NCBI RefSeq assembly: GCF_009914755.1
Contig: NC_060930.1
Origin: the human T2T-CHM13v2.0 reference genome, Homo sapiens
Strand: one strand, 5' to 3'
Length of the DNA: 64,000 nt
Positions 49,678-63,985 of this stretch are shown piece by piece (positions within the stretch are counted from its first letter, which is position 1; each line of letters starts with the position of its first letter). A model generated the notes under the pieces. That model did not search any database, was not told the origin of the DNA, and was given only the letters and a program-made list of their open reading frames with translations. Made by a program: the position numbers and the translations under genes.

Positions 49678-50178
49678 TGTGGCAGCCAGCCTCCAACTGA
49701 CCCCCAATAATCTCTATGCCCTTGTATTTATCCCCTTGTGTAGTCCCTTCCCAATTTGTGCCAGAGTTTGTTTGTGTGGTCAATAGAATGTAGTAGAACT
49801 GATGGTATGTCACTTATGAGGGCACGCCATAAATGGCATTGTGACTTTTCCCTTGCTTTGCTTGCTCTGGATGAAGTTGGCTATCATGTCATGAGGAGCC
49901 TTATGGAGGGGCCCATGTGGTAAGAAACTGAAGCTTCCAGCCAACAGCCATGTGAGTGGACCATCTTGGAAGTAGGTCTTTCGTCCTGAGTTAAGTCTTC
50001 AGAAGATTGTAGCTTCCACTGACATACTTGATTGCAATTTCATGAGAGACCCTAAGCTGGAATGACCCAGCTAGGCCATTCCTAGATTCCTAGCCCATGG
50101 AAACTAAGATAATAAATGTTTGTTTTAAGTCAATTAATTTTGGAGTAATGTATTATGCAAGAATAGATAACTAATATG
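49678..50178 (+). mobile_element. MLT1F-type solo LTR within an old L1M
   Basis: Starts 'tgtggcagccagcctcca'; ends 'aatagataactaata'; TSD atagg/gtagg. Confidence 0.85.
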
Positions 50179-50899
50179 GTAGGGTAAGTTTATTGAAATC
50201 TAATATGTTACTTTCTGTTCCTAGTTTGCTGAGTTTAAAAACATTATATCTGGTTATTGAATTTAATATATGCTGCTTCTCTTCTCAAATATATTGATAT
50301 CACAATATAGTTTTTCACCTCCTCTATTACTTTAATAGAATCTTGCTTGTGATTGCATCACTTAATATTACTGGGGAATTTGATTTGCTATGTTTTATTT
50401 TGGACATTTTTCATATCTCTATTTCTGGGTAAGATTGGATATATATTTTTCCTTTTTCTTTTTGAAATTATCCTTTTTAGTTTTAAATAAAGATTTTGGT
50501 AGCCCCCAGCTGACTTCCTGATGCATATCTTTTTTCACATAGTTAACTATACTCCCCATCTCTTCCACTACCTTTGCCTTATCTCCACTTCCTTTAGTCC
50601 CTTGCTTTATAACTTTGTATTACTTTGACTTTGTCATAGGTGTAAACTTACAAGTTAATTTTGTGGGTTAATCAGCAGCAAGTATGGAGATTTTGTAACT
50701 GCAGTCTCAGTAGATGAATTTAGTTTAGAAAAAATATGAACAATAATGATGATTCTGCCTTATGTAATTGAGTGACCTTTACCATGACACTGAACCTCAG
50801 CTTCTTCACCTATAAATGGGGATAATAACTCCTACTTCATATAGAAATATTCATATAGAAATATATATATGTGTATATATATACACACACACATACACA

Positions 50900-51176
50900 C
50901 ACAGTAGATTACTATTTGGTCATAAAAAGAATGAAATAATATCATTTGCAGTAAGATGAATAGAACTGGAGGTAATTATGTTAAGTAAAATAAGACTGGC
51001 ACAGAAAAACAAATATATGTTCTTACTCACATGTGGGAGCTAGAAAAGATGATCTCACGAAGGTAGAGAATAGAATTGCAGATATCAGAAGCTGGGAAGA
51101 GTGTGTAGTTGGGGAGAGATAGAGAGAGGTTGGTTAATGAAGCACAAAATACAGTGCGAAAGAAGAAACAAGTTTT
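50900..51176 (+). mobile_element. L1MA 3' fragment, preceded by a (TA)n(CA)n tract
   Basis: 'cataaaaagaatgaaataat...gaactggaggtaattatgttaagt'. Confidence 0.82.
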
Positions 51177-51177
51177 C

Positions 51178-52256
51178 ATTTTTCTTTGACTTTTAAGTTT
51201 AAGGTTCATGTGCAGGATGTGCAGGTTTGTTATATAGGTAAATGTGTGCCATGATGGTTTGCTGCACAGATTATCTCATCACCTAGGCATTAAGCCCAGC
51301 ATCCATTAGCTATTCTGGTTGATGCTCTCCCTCCCCTGAATCTACTCTCCGACAGGCCCCAGTGTGTGTTGTTGTCCTTCATGTGTCCATGTGTTCTCAT
51401 CATTCAGCTCCCACTTCTAAGTGAGAACATGTGGTGTTTGGTTTTCTGTTCCTGCATTAGTTTGTTGAGGATAATCCCTTCCAATTCCATCCATGCTCCT
51501 GCAAAGGACATAATCTCATTATTTTTTATGGATGCATAGTATTCCATGGTGTATATGTACCACATTTTCTTTATCCAGTCTATCATTGATGGGCATTTAG
51601 GTTGATTCCATGTCTCAGCTATTGTGACTAGTACTGCAATGAATATATGTAACCAAGTATCTTTATGATGGAATAATTTATATTCCTTTGGGTATATACT
51701 CAGTAATGGGATTGCTGGGTCAAATGGTATTTCTGCCTCTAGGTCTTTGAGGAGTCACCACACTGTCTTCCACAATGGTTGAACTAATTTACACTTCCAC
51801 CAACAGTGTTGAAGCATTCCTTTTTTAGGAATTCCACCACTGTACCAGCATCTGTTGTTTTTTGACTTTTTAAGAATCGCCATTCTGACTGGTGTGAGAT
51901 GGAGTGTCATTGTAGTGTTGATTTGCATTTCTATAATGATAAATCATGTTGAGCTTGCTTATTATAATATGTTGGCCTCATGTATGTTCTTTCTTTGAGA
52001 AGTGTCTGCTCATATCCTTTGCCCACTTTTTAATGGGGTGGTTTGTTTTCTCTTGTAAATTTAAGTTCCGTGTAGACTCTTGATATTCGACCTTTGTCAG
52101 ATGGGTAGATTGCAAAATGTCCTCCCATTCTGTAGGTTGTCTGTTCACTCTGATGATAGTTTCTTTCGCTGTGCAGAAGCTTATTAGTTTAATTAGATCT
52201 CATTTGTCAATTTTTGCGTCTGTTGCAATTGCTTTCGGTGTTTTTGTTATGAAATC
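51178..52256 (-). mobile_element. L1PA10/11-type 3' end, 5'-truncated
   Basis: 'gctgcacagattatctcatcacctaggcattaagcccagcatccattagc'; ORF MIDWIKKMWYIYTMEYY. Confidence 0.9.
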
Positions 52257-54009
52257 TGGATGGTAGAACAAAATAGAAGAAACTGGAGAAACAGTCTTGT
52301 TGATGAAGAAGTCCCCACAGAAACACAAATTGTTTTGGTAACTGCTCACAACAAGAAACTCTCAGCATTTGGAAGAAGAAGTCATGGATCAGTAGGACTG
52401 TTGGAGAAGATCACGCTGTGCTGGTCAGACCACACACGTGTAGGTAGGTACATCCTCAGACCACAAACTCAACTGAGCAGTAAATATAATCTTTCTGTAA
52501 CCAAATGTAATTTCAATTTTGAGCTCTTATCTTTCTGATTAGTGGATATTTGATCTCAATCACTTTGGGTTTTGTTTTCTTCCTCCATAAATTGGTGCTT
52601 ATAGAATGTGAAAGGTGGTGGTAGGTGTGAGAGGAGCACCTGTTCCTAGATGTCCACACCTGAATGGTAGTGGACAGGAGTGGTGATGGGATGATGAGTA
52701 GAGTGAAGCTGCTCCATCAGAAATTACCACGAATGCAAAGCGTACCGGTTAATTTGTCAGTGTTATCTCATTACATGTTAAAATATTTTAAATCATTTAT
52801 GAAGAGCTTTCCTATAAAAAACCAGATTTCTGACTTCTGTAGAAAAATCAAATGATATTACTAGTCCCATATTCCTACAACACTCAATTATTTCTGAATC
52901 TACTAACTTCTATTAGCAATCATGCTCCGAGGTTTGATTTTTGCACCTCTTGATGTTAAAGAAGAGCCTTGGATTGAGTCTTGAGGGAAAGGAGGGTATT
53001 TAAACAATAATGGAAGAGCATAAAATACATTTAAGCAATGCAAAGGAGGAGGAGGATAAAGGGGGTATTTGATACACAATAAGCAGTCAAGTTTAAATAT
53101 AGGGTAAGTTCAGGCAAAAGTGGGTAGGACATAAGATTGTAGCGATAAGTAGGGGTCAGACTGGGAATTTGGGATTTTGTCCTGTAAACTATGGAAAATC
53201 GCTGAATTTTAATTGATAAGTTAACAAATGTTTTGGTAAGTGTATTATGAACATGGTTTATAGAACAAGTCAGATGAAAGAGAAAAAAGGTAGAAAAATG
53301 AGTTAAAATTGAATTGGAGAATTCTGTCTCAAATTACAGCTTTTGTGAGCACCTAGTAGGAGAGAAATTTTATTTTAATATCTAAAATAATACTTCAGAG
53401 TGTTAGAGGCTTTTAAGTGTGTTGCTGCTTTTTGTGGGGCCTGTGTTCATTAGACGACTGGTCAGTATTTGCCATCGACTTTTGCATACATTATTTGGTT
53501 CTGATTTTTTAAACTTTACATTTCATTTTGTTGAGTTCAGAAGGCTTGTGTTTAGTGACTGTGTAGTACAAAGAGCACAGTAGATGGCAAGCTTTGGTGA
53601 AACTCTGCTGTTGCCAACAAGGTCAGCTTTCAAACAGCATCATCTACAGTGCGGGGTGAAGGTCCACTGAGTATCAATGGTCTTGAACCCCAGTCTGACT
53701 TGGACTATTACCTGCTGTTGGTATGAAACTGACTATTATAGAATTGCCACTTAGGTAACTCAGAAACAGCATGTTCCTTAGATTTTTGCTGCTACTTGCT
53801 GTGCATGCATGTCTAGAACTGACTTAGCTTCAAACAGATTTAAAAAAAAATCTGAACTGCATAAAGTGCTATTTAACAATGGCACTATTTTTTTAAGCCA
53901 ACATTCTCATCAGTTGCTTGGTGCATCTGATCTCTGTTAGAAAAAAAAATTAAATATGTTCTATTAATAATCTAATGGTCAATATCAATTATGCAACACT
54001 GAAATTAAT

Positions 54010-54230
54010 TACGATAGCTATGATTTACTGTGCAATGTATTAGGTGCTGGATACTGGTGCTATAGATTTGATCCGGATCTTTTAAAAACTCTACAATACT
54101 ACAAGAAACATGTTTTTATTCCTATTTTGCAAATGAGAAAACTAAGGTCCAGAGAGATTGGGAAATTTATTCAATATAACAAAATTAGTAGATAACAGAG
54201 TTATTTACATTATCATTTTATACCCTAGTA
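54010..54230 (-). mobile_element. MIR
   Basis: 'cctattttgcaaatgagaaaactaaggtccagagag'. Confidence 0.75.
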
Positions 54231-54396
54231 GTGTCACAGATATGAAAGCAATCTGAGAACTAGGAAACGTAACACAATTAAAACTACCATGATAGCGAAT
54301 TGTACTTTAGTTAATGACAAATGAAGATAATGTAGTGTTACATCAGACGGTATGAAATTTACCTTGGAAAAATGCCTTATAAACATAAAATGTAGA

Positions 54397-54737
<341 letters not shown>

Positions 54738-55299
54738 CTACTGGCACAGTATTAGTAAGTCTTTTCTAAAGTGATGATAGGTTTTTTGCTAACTCCACTA
54801 TACTCTTTCTTATGATTGATTTTTGCAATGGATGATACACATCTACAAGGTGGCTGCCTTCTCTGAGAATCCAGGGTTGCAAGGTGATGTCATTACCTTG
54901 TTAGCTTAAACTATTGAAATAGTATCTTTCCAGTTAGAAAAGTTTAAAATCTTTATGGAATTTTCCTTTTCTAATTTACTTAAAATTATTGCATGTTTTG
55001 CTAAGACAAGTGCTTTTTTTAAAAAATATCATTAGCCATTAGTTATTAGAAGGATTTTCACCTCAGATATTCAGAAGGTATTTTGGTCTGACAATTTGTA
55101 GACTCATACAAGTGCCTAGAGATCAGAAGCCTTTTGAACATTCAGGGACTTTCTGATGAGTTTCAACCCAATGTTTACAAAATCAAGAAATAATCTTAAT
55201 TTGGGGCAATTTGAATAATTTCAGTCAGCTAATTGATCTCAAGATTCCTTTTTAAAAATTTTTGTGAAGGAATCTCTTGATAAAAGATACTAAAATATT

Positions 55300-55647
55300 T
55301 TTTAGTTCATGCTATTATAACAAAAATACCATAGACTCGGTGGCTTAAACAACAAACATTTATTTCTCACAGTTCTAAAGGCTGGGAGTCAAAGTCAAGG
55401 TAGTGACAGATCCAGTGTCTGGTGAAGGCTTGCATCCTGGTTTACAGAAACCATCTTCTTGTCGTATTAACATATGGCTGAGAGGAAAGAAAGCTCTAGT
55501 CTCTCCATTTCCTATAAGTGCACTAATTTCATTCATGAGGGTTCCACCCTCATGACCTCCCAAAGGCCCCACCTTTAAGTATAATCATATTAGGAAGTTA
55601 GGCTTTAACATAGATATTTTCAGGGTGAACTCAGACAGTCCACAGCA
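55300..55647 (-). mobile_element. MLT1A0/MSTD-type LTR
   Basis: 'aataccatagactcggtggcttaaacaacaaacatttatttctcacagttct', 'catgagggttccaccctcatgacct'. Confidence 0.85.
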
Positions 55648-55665
55648 ATTTCTTTTATACTGTAA

Positions 55666-55960
<295 letters not shown>

Positions 55961-56789
55961 TTATACTGTAAGCTTTTGATAGGACTGAGACCCAATAATT
56001 GATATTCAAAAATGTAAGAAATTGAACTCATAAAGTAGATATACTAGAGCTTTTGTATAATGAGATATTTGTAAATTTGTTAAGCTGTTGGTTATTATGC
56101 ACTTGTGGAAAATGTGTCAAATAACTGTCCAGTGATACGTGAATATGTTAGGAGCTATATAATGCAATATAATGTCTTAAATTAGTAAATTACAATACAT
56201 TATTCTTCAAATGTAAGACATGTTGTGACTAATATCAACAACAACATTTCAGAAATAATCTGTTAACGCTCTTGAGTCTTAGTTTACAGTGTACTTAAGC
56301 ATTTCCTCTTATAAAATATTACTAATAAACTTTTAAAGTAATGTAATTGGAATACGCTTTATTACTTTTTAAGAGTCCTAGTTTGATACTTTCGGTGCTG
56401 TGATTTGAAGGCCTTCCTCTAATACAGTTTATTTGCAAACACAGTTTAGTAACAGTAATAGCATACAGAGATTCAAATTGGAGAAGTACGTCATTCCTTG
56501 CATTTATCAAATTATGTCAGTTCAATCCCCAATTGTGCAGAAACCTGCGAAAACTTGGCTGGTATATTTCTTTGTTTTCTTATATCAAGCAGTTGTTTTT
56601 GCAAACAAATGGGAGGGGATGTGGGTTTTGTTTGGGAGTATAAATTGGTGTAAGCTTCCTGGACTTTTTTTTGTCACATGCATTAGAAATCCAAAAACAG
56701 TTATATCCTTTCACAGAGCTGTTACAATCTTATGGATTTATGCTTAGGAAATAGAGACATACATGAGGATGTTTATGATCTTTTTCTTT

Positions 56790-57123
56790 CCTTTATTCCT
56801 TTCTCCTTTCTTTTCTCCTTCCCCTCTTTCCCTTCTTTTTCCTTTTCCTTTCCTGCCTTTCTGTCGCCCAGGTGGGAGTGCAGTGGCTCAATCATGGCTC
56901 ACTACATTCTTAACACCCCTAGGCTCAGGTGATCCTCCCACCTCAGCCTCATAGGTAGATGGAACAACAGGTGTGTGCCAAAACACCTCACTAATTTTGT
57001 ATTTTTGGTAGAGATGGTGTTTCTCCATGTTGCCCAGGCTTGTCTTGAACTCCTGGGCTCAAATCTGCCTGTTTTGACCTTCCAAAGTGCTAGGATTACA
57101 GGCATGAGCCACTGTGCCTGGCC
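56790..57123 (-). mobile_element. AluJ with a CT-rich decayed tail, inside an L1ME remnant
   Basis: J diagnostics 'gttgcccaggct' and 'ctcctgggctcaa'; TSD tatgatctttttt/tatggtcttttt. Confidence 0.92.
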
Positions 57124-59893
57124 TATGGTCTTTTTCTTTATGATAGTGAAAAACTGGAAATATTTAATAATTAGGAATGAGTTAATTATATTTTCTATGC
57201 AAAAAATTATATGTAGCCATTAAAGCATGTATAATATTAATATTAATGATTGTATTTAGTGAATATTTACTATGTACCACTTCATGCGTTTATAATACAA
57301 TTTTAAATTTAGTCCTCATAACAACCTAATGCCTGAGAAATATTGCACAACACCTAAAAGCCACATATCTAGAAAATGATTGAAATTGGACTCAGACACA
57401 GGTGTGACTATGAGGCTCAGCCACATCAGATGTTATATTTAATTACATACAGAAATGCACATTATTTGCTAAAGGATAGAAAGTATAATATATAGTGTTA
57501 TTACATTAAAAATCTTTAAATATATGGAGAAAAAAGCTAGAAAGACATTACTACAGGGAGAATAGTTACTTCTGGGTGGTGGGACTACAGACAATTTTCC
57601 AACTTTTACGCAATGAACATATGTTGATTTTATAATTTAAAAAAGGTGGGTTTCTTCCTCCCCCAAATCTCCCTGCCCCAAAATGTTAATTGCAGCATTA
57701 TTTATAAGATAATGTGGAACAACTTACATCATCTCTAATAACAGAAGAATTGTTTAATAACATATTGTTCAATTCAATGTAGTAATATAAAATGATTAAG
57801 TACAAGCAGCAAATTATGAAAATATTTATTAAATTATGTTCTGTAAAATAAGGGAGAATAGAAGTTATTTACACTAAGATTACTGTGATTTACACTATGA
57901 TTAGGATGTAAATTCTGTATACACACAGTAAATGTCTAGAATGTATACAGTAATAAATGTGATTGTGGTGTTGGCAGGGTGAAGGAATGATACATTTTCT
58001 TCTGTGTTTTAACTGTGAGTAATAATGTAAAAATAAAGAATAATTTGGTTGAAAAGAACTGGATAGATAAAAGTAAAGGCATCTAAATGAAATACTTTGG
58101 TCTATTTTGCTACTGTGTAAAAGAAGTTTACTTCTCAAAGGGCAATACAATTATACAGGTATGGTTTGACTTCAAAGTATCAATTCTCTTTAACATTTTT
58201 CAGCATCATCAAAAGTGATACAGCTACAAAGGCAGAGCAGCCTATGCTCTTTTTTCCTCCTCTACACTTACCAGAATTATTCCTAAAATTGCTGCCATCT
58301 CAAATTAGAAAGCAACCTGAATAAAAGTTCCCCAGACAGGTTGTCTTGGCTGCTTTGACAAATGCCATGTACTCTATCCCTGAGGTCATGGCAAATGACA
58401 GGATGGGAAAAGTGAATAGAAAATGCTTTCCTGGCACTCTCTCATCTCTGGTTTGCTGAGTAAGATGGGCAGTGTAGAAAGCCTGTAGCTTCTAACTGTG
58501 CTTCCAGGGGGGACGTCCACAAAGGCAAATATGTCTCTCCTGCCTGAAAGTGGATATGTGACCTCTGAGTGTATCTTGCCTCTGGAATACTGGAATAAAA
58601 GCTGGCTGCTTGCTGGTTTTTGGTTTTCTTTCAATGGCCAGGTACAGAGGAAGCCAAATGTCAGGCTTCTTGTTTCTGAACCAAGTGACTTACCTGTCTC
58701 CTTCCCTTCCCTGCAGCGTGATTCCTATGTGAAGATTGTCACTGGTAGATAAAAATGCATTATTCCAGTTACTCAGTTGGGTGCCAGAGACAGTGAGCAT
58801 AGCTACTGTAATTCAGTGTCAGCCAGTATTGTTAGATTTAAAGATTTCATTTTTAAAAAAAACATTTTAGCATTCTATCAATTTTTCATGAATTATGATT
58901 GTATTGTAGAAGTGTGGTTGGTCTTCTTATGCTGCTGTGACAGGTCAGGGATTGATTTTCATGATTCATGGGATTGCCTAAAGAAACAAATAAATATAAT
59001 GCAAGAGCTCGACATTGCTTATTGGGACATGTAAATCCCAAGTTCAAAATATTTGTAGGGCTAGGAGTTACTCAAGTGATCATGATTTTCAGCGCTCTCA
59101 ATTTAGAGTGTTTGAACTGGAAATATGATTTTCACAAAAAAATTTGCAAATCATTCTTGAGACTGAAAACATCTTGAGGAATTCTGATCTAAGGAACAGT
59201 TAAAGGGCATGACATATGGGGAAACAGGTAAAGTTTGTGAATCTATATATGATACTCCTTGGTATCCCCAACAGCAATTTTTAATATCATCAGTGCAAGG
59301 TCAACTAGAAATGCTTATATCTGAGGTTTTGGATTGACATATAATGTTAAACATAAAAATTTGAGAAGCATTATAATTTTAGGAAATATGAATGAATGCT
59401 ATCCCTGAAAAATAACCTTTTAAAATACCATAGAAGTTGGTAGTCTTTAATGGACTGCATAGCTCTTAACCATTAAAAAAGGAGGGTGGCTGCATTTATA
59501 CAAAAAATTCAAACCAATTCAAAATGGGCTTTGTGGTGTGCCTTATCATACCTATTTCCCTGCTATTCTACCAACAGTAGCCTACTTTTCCAACCTGTTT
59601 CCTTTTGTAGAATCATTCCCTTCCATTCTTAGTCATATATTTTTGGGATAGGATTTACCCATTCTTACCTTCAGGGTTGAATTCTGGTCATCTTATATCA
59701 AGCAGCTCATCCCATCTTTCCAGTTATATAGGTTTGAAATGAACACATAAACCAATCAAAGGCACTAAGATGGGATGAACTAAAGTTTCTGGAAAGGAGA
59801 AGCTTCCACTTCCTTCTATAACAGTTACTGAAAGATAAATGTGAGTCTCTCAGGTTTATAACTATGGCATCCATTTGGCTATCTCACTACAGG

Positions 59894-59896
<3 letters not shown>

Positions 59897-59950
<54 letters not shown>
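59897..59950. repeat. (TG)27 microsatellite
   Basis: Perfect dinucleotide run. Confidence 0.98.
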
Positions 59951-59952
<2 letters not shown>

Positions 59953-60969
59953 GCTGGGAGGGGTCCATGGGCATTCCGTAGCCCCTGTAGATGAAACAGA
60001 TACCACAGAAGGCAATGCAGAGAAATAGAAGTTGAGTTTTGAGCAACATTTTTTAAACTGTATGATCAGCCACTGCCTGAACTAAGAACTACTTCTGATT
60101 ACAGACTATTTTAACAAGCTCTTTTGATTTGTGTTTTTGATTTTTTACAACATAAATAGTCCTGATACAGAATCTCAAGATTTTTGTAATGGAAAATTCA
60201 GCCATATGTTCAAAGAGATGAAAATTCATTTTCTTAACGAGGTGCAATTTATTTGTTATAAAATGGCACACTGTTATTATTTATCTTAACTCACTACATT
60301 CTGGAAAGCAGTGTTGCAAGGAGTAAGTCCAGGGTCTTAGTCCCAGGTGTCCCTGTGTTGTGGGAACAGCGTGAAATCTTGACTCACATTTCCTTACATT
60401 TTGTCATGATTTGAAAGAAGGAGTGGGTCAGTTTAATTCAGATCAACAAACATTTATTGAATGCCTAAGAAGGTGAACTTTTTGCATTCATTTTGACTGG
60501 CCAGAATTTAAACCCACTTCCTATGAACATATGGAAAAAAAGCTAGGTATTTACTTTCTAAGTCTCCCTTGCAAGTAGGGCATAGGCACTGTTAATCAGC
60601 ACACCTACTGCAGAACTTTGGGTCAAAAGCTATTGACGTGAACGAGCAGAATTTGTATGGAATCCACTCTGGTTGTGGGTGGTAATGGTAGCAACTCTAA
60701 CTAAATCTATTACCTAGAGACAAAACTGGCAGCAATTTTTGTGGTAGTGCCCTTTGTCAGTTTTGTCAAAGGTATAAGATGTTGCGTATATTGTCCAGAC
60801 CAATGGCAGTAGTGCTTTTTCTTGATCATTTATTTGGATCTTTGGCTGATTGGTTGGCCCTTATGACCCAATGACTTCTGAAGTGTCTAGACAAATCAGA
60901 ATTCTACATAGATTCTTTTGTGCTAAGCTCCAATCAGAAAATAATAGTAATAATCTCTAGAACTTTAAA

Positions 60970-61590
60970 GCAAAATTATACTCTTTAGCAAACAATTCGC
61001 TTTCTTTTGAGAAAGAGCTCTTGCCTTGCTACTAGACCCTGGGAGAGACAAGAAACATTATAATTTATTGGGTGATAATGAAACAAAAGCTGCCAATTAA
61101 TTGATATATCAAGCTATACATTTGGAGCATACCAAAGTAAAACTCGCTTCTCAGATGGTAAGGGAAATATGGGCTTAGGTCTGAGCAGGTCTTGAAGTCA
61201 CAAATAAGATAATTCTCATATAGTTGACTCACACTTAGTGCCTTCTCCTGTTATCCCACAGCTTTGGCTGCATGGTCAGGTTGACTGAGATGGATCAGCC
61301 CAAAGTGTAGTGGTCAGGCATTGCAGTCCCCTTAGGCGTGGTCTTCAGGACAGCAGAGGAAGGCAGTCATCCTAGTAGGTAGAAATGCAAACTTCGTCTA
61401 TATTTTCTGGAAGGAGAGATACTTAGAGACATAGATCTATCTCAGTTTGTAGAGTGTGACAGTTTGATTAGATGGTGAGGAACTTGAATGAGGATGCTTT
61501 GGGAAGAGTGTTGTTAGATGAACCTCTCAGCATGGGCCCAGAGTATGAGAACTATTGCATCCCATGTGAATGCTAACCAAAAGGCTCTCC
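60970..61590 (+). mobile_element. Degenerate ERVL internal pol remnant (RT-RNase H region)
   Basis: Translates to SFEKELLPCY*TLGET (cf. ERVL PFEKQLLACYWALVET), ALQ...DSRGRQSS and SHVNANQK (cf. SHVNAHQR). Confidence 0.75.
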
Positions 61591-61699
61591 CTATAATTAA
61601 TTTACTTGAATAGAAAATTTCACTAAAAATATATATATGGAAAGTAAATATCAGGAACTATGTTATACTTCATTAATTAGCAAAAAAAAAAAGCAAAAC

Positions 61700-62400
61700 A
61701 AATCTCCAGTAAATTCCCACAGAACACCTAATAGAATGGCTGAAATTAAGAAAATGCTGTTGAGATGTCAACTGTCACATGTTGGTAAGAATGTGGAGCA
61801 ACTAGGACAATCTAACCCTGTTAGGCGAAGTACAAGCTGTAAATTTCCACTTTGCAAAAATGGTTTGGCAGTATCTACTAAAACTTAAACATATGCACAC
61901 TCTTTGATGCAGTAATTCCATTCCTAGTTACATGCCCAAAATAATTGTGTACATATGTGCATCAAAAGACTATTGCAGAAGCCAAATAAAAATTTCTAAA
62001 AGCCAAAGTCTGCAAACAACCAAATTATCCACTAGTTAGAATACATAAAGAAATTGTTTCCTCTTTAGACAACTGAATATTAGATAGCAATGAAAATGAA
62101 GGATTATTGCTACATTTAACATGAGTAGATCTCACAGACATAATGCTGAATGAATGAAGCCAGATGAAACATATTGCATGAATTCAGTCATGGAAAGTTC
62201 AAACACAGGCAAAAATAAGAAGGATTAGGGATAGAAGAAGGGATAGTGACTGGAGGAGGACTCCTGGGGGTGTTAGTAATGCTTTATTTCTGGATCTGGT
62301 TGGCATTACATGATTGTATTTATTTTGAGGACAGATCAAACTGTTCAGTTTGGCATACTTTTCTGTCTGATGTTATAGTTCAATGAAATGTTTGTTTAAA
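61700..62400 (+). mobile_element. L1ME-type 3' region
   Basis: 'tgttggtaagaatgtggagcaactagga', 'gatctcacagacataatgctgaatgaatgaagccaga'. Confidence 0.8.
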
Positions 62401-62522
62401 TAAAATATAGAACAGATATGATCACAGAATATATGATAGCATTTTAAATTAAAAAGCATTAATTATGGGAATGAGTTGAAAATTATCAGATATATAACAT
62501 TTTTGAGTTCACAATAACAATA

Positions 62523-63064
62523 CAGTAGTCTCCTCATAATCCACAGGAGATGTGTTCTGAGAGACTCAGTGAGTACTGAAACCATGGAGAGTACCAAACC
62601 CTATATCTACAGAGTTTTTTCTACAAATACATATGATAAAGTTTAATGTATAAGTTATGCACAGGAAGATATTAACAACAATAACTAATAGTAGAAGGAA
62701 ACAAATACAACAGTATGTCAGCGTCACTACTCTTGTGTTTTGGGGCCATTATTAAGTAACATATGGGTTACTTGAACATAAGCACCATGATACCATGACA
62801 GTTGATATGATAACAGAGGCAACTACTTAGTGACTGATGGGCAGATTTTGTGTACAATGTGGATATAATGGACAAAAGGATGATTAACAGCCTGAGTGGA
62901 ATGAAAAGGGATGGCATGAGATTTCAACATGCTACTCAGAATGGTCCGTGATTTAAAATTTCATTTATTGTTTATTTCTGCGATTTTTCATTTAATATTT
63001 TAGGACCATGGTTGACCTCAGGTAACTTAAATCCCAGAAAGTGGAAGATAAGGAGGAACTACTG
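62523..63064 (+). mobile_element. MER44B (Tigger7-derived, TcMar) complete
   Basis: TIRs cagtagtctcctcataatcc / gataaggaggaactactg flanked by TA duplication. Confidence 0.92.
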
Positions 63065-63799
63065 TAATAACAAAGCACATTGGTCTTCTTTGGTCATCAC
63101 TAGGGCATCAATATACTTTTCATGAATTCTGTTTTGGATTAAATCCAACAGACTTGATTCTCACTTGCAATTATAATATGCCTACTGTATGCCAGGGATC
63201 AGGTTAGATCCAGGAGGTTCATGATGAATAGGTATATCAGCCTCTTAAAGTTAACCTTCTGACCTGGGCAGTCTGCATGACATCTAGCTCTGGGGACCTA
63301 GGTTACTTGAAGGCTGCTCTTTTTGGCTGGCTGCTTCCCCTCTTTTATCTGCTCATCTAAGGTGGCTGGACATTTACCATTTTATAATCTAATTAAAGCC
63401 AGAGAAGTTTGTAATTTTTTGCATATGTTACATGTCTTGTCATGTTTAAATACTGAACTATAGATATCCAAATTTAGGTATTTCTGAAGCCACTAGTCAC
63501 TAGCAGAGAGGGAGGATTCCATGGCCTACATGTTGCTGGGTAGCAGTGGGGCTACTACCCATGAGGGAGAGAGTGAATGTCCCCCACCATTTAACCTGTA
63601 GTTCTAACTTCTGGAGAAAAAAAGAAATTGAAGAGAAGGGTTTGAAAAAGGGTTTGATGAAAAAACCTTGAGATTATCTAAGAGATTTCTTAGGACGTTG
63701 ATGCCTACTTACCTACAAATCTTTATTTCACTTGTTAATCAGAAAGGAGACTCATATAATTTTTATTAGCTCTTTCAGATGCCTCCCTAACTATTTAAA

Positions 63800-63985
63800 A
63801 CTCCACCATTTATACGCTGGCCCAGAACTTAGTCAAGAGATGGGGCCATGAATTTGAAAATTAGTTACTACCTTTTTTGACCTTGGATAAATTTACGCCA
63901 TCTCTCTTTGTTCCCTCATATTGATATCATAATACCTGAACTGTGTTTTAAATTAAGGGAAGAGCTGTCTTGCTTGGAAAAATCA
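63800..63985 (+). mobile_element. MIR fragment
   Basis: 'gaccttggataaatttacgccatctctct...cctcata'. Confidence 0.6.

Noticed and set aside
56500-56600. Minus-strand 'ttttcgcag|VSAQLGIELT*' terminal coding exon
   Set aside because: No real polypyrimidine tract, no recognisable protein, and adjacent to an L1ME remnant
59550-60960. Probable very old ERVL/MaLR LTR remnants (also ~8380-8570)
   Set aside because: Too degenerate for me to set boundaries or family by eye
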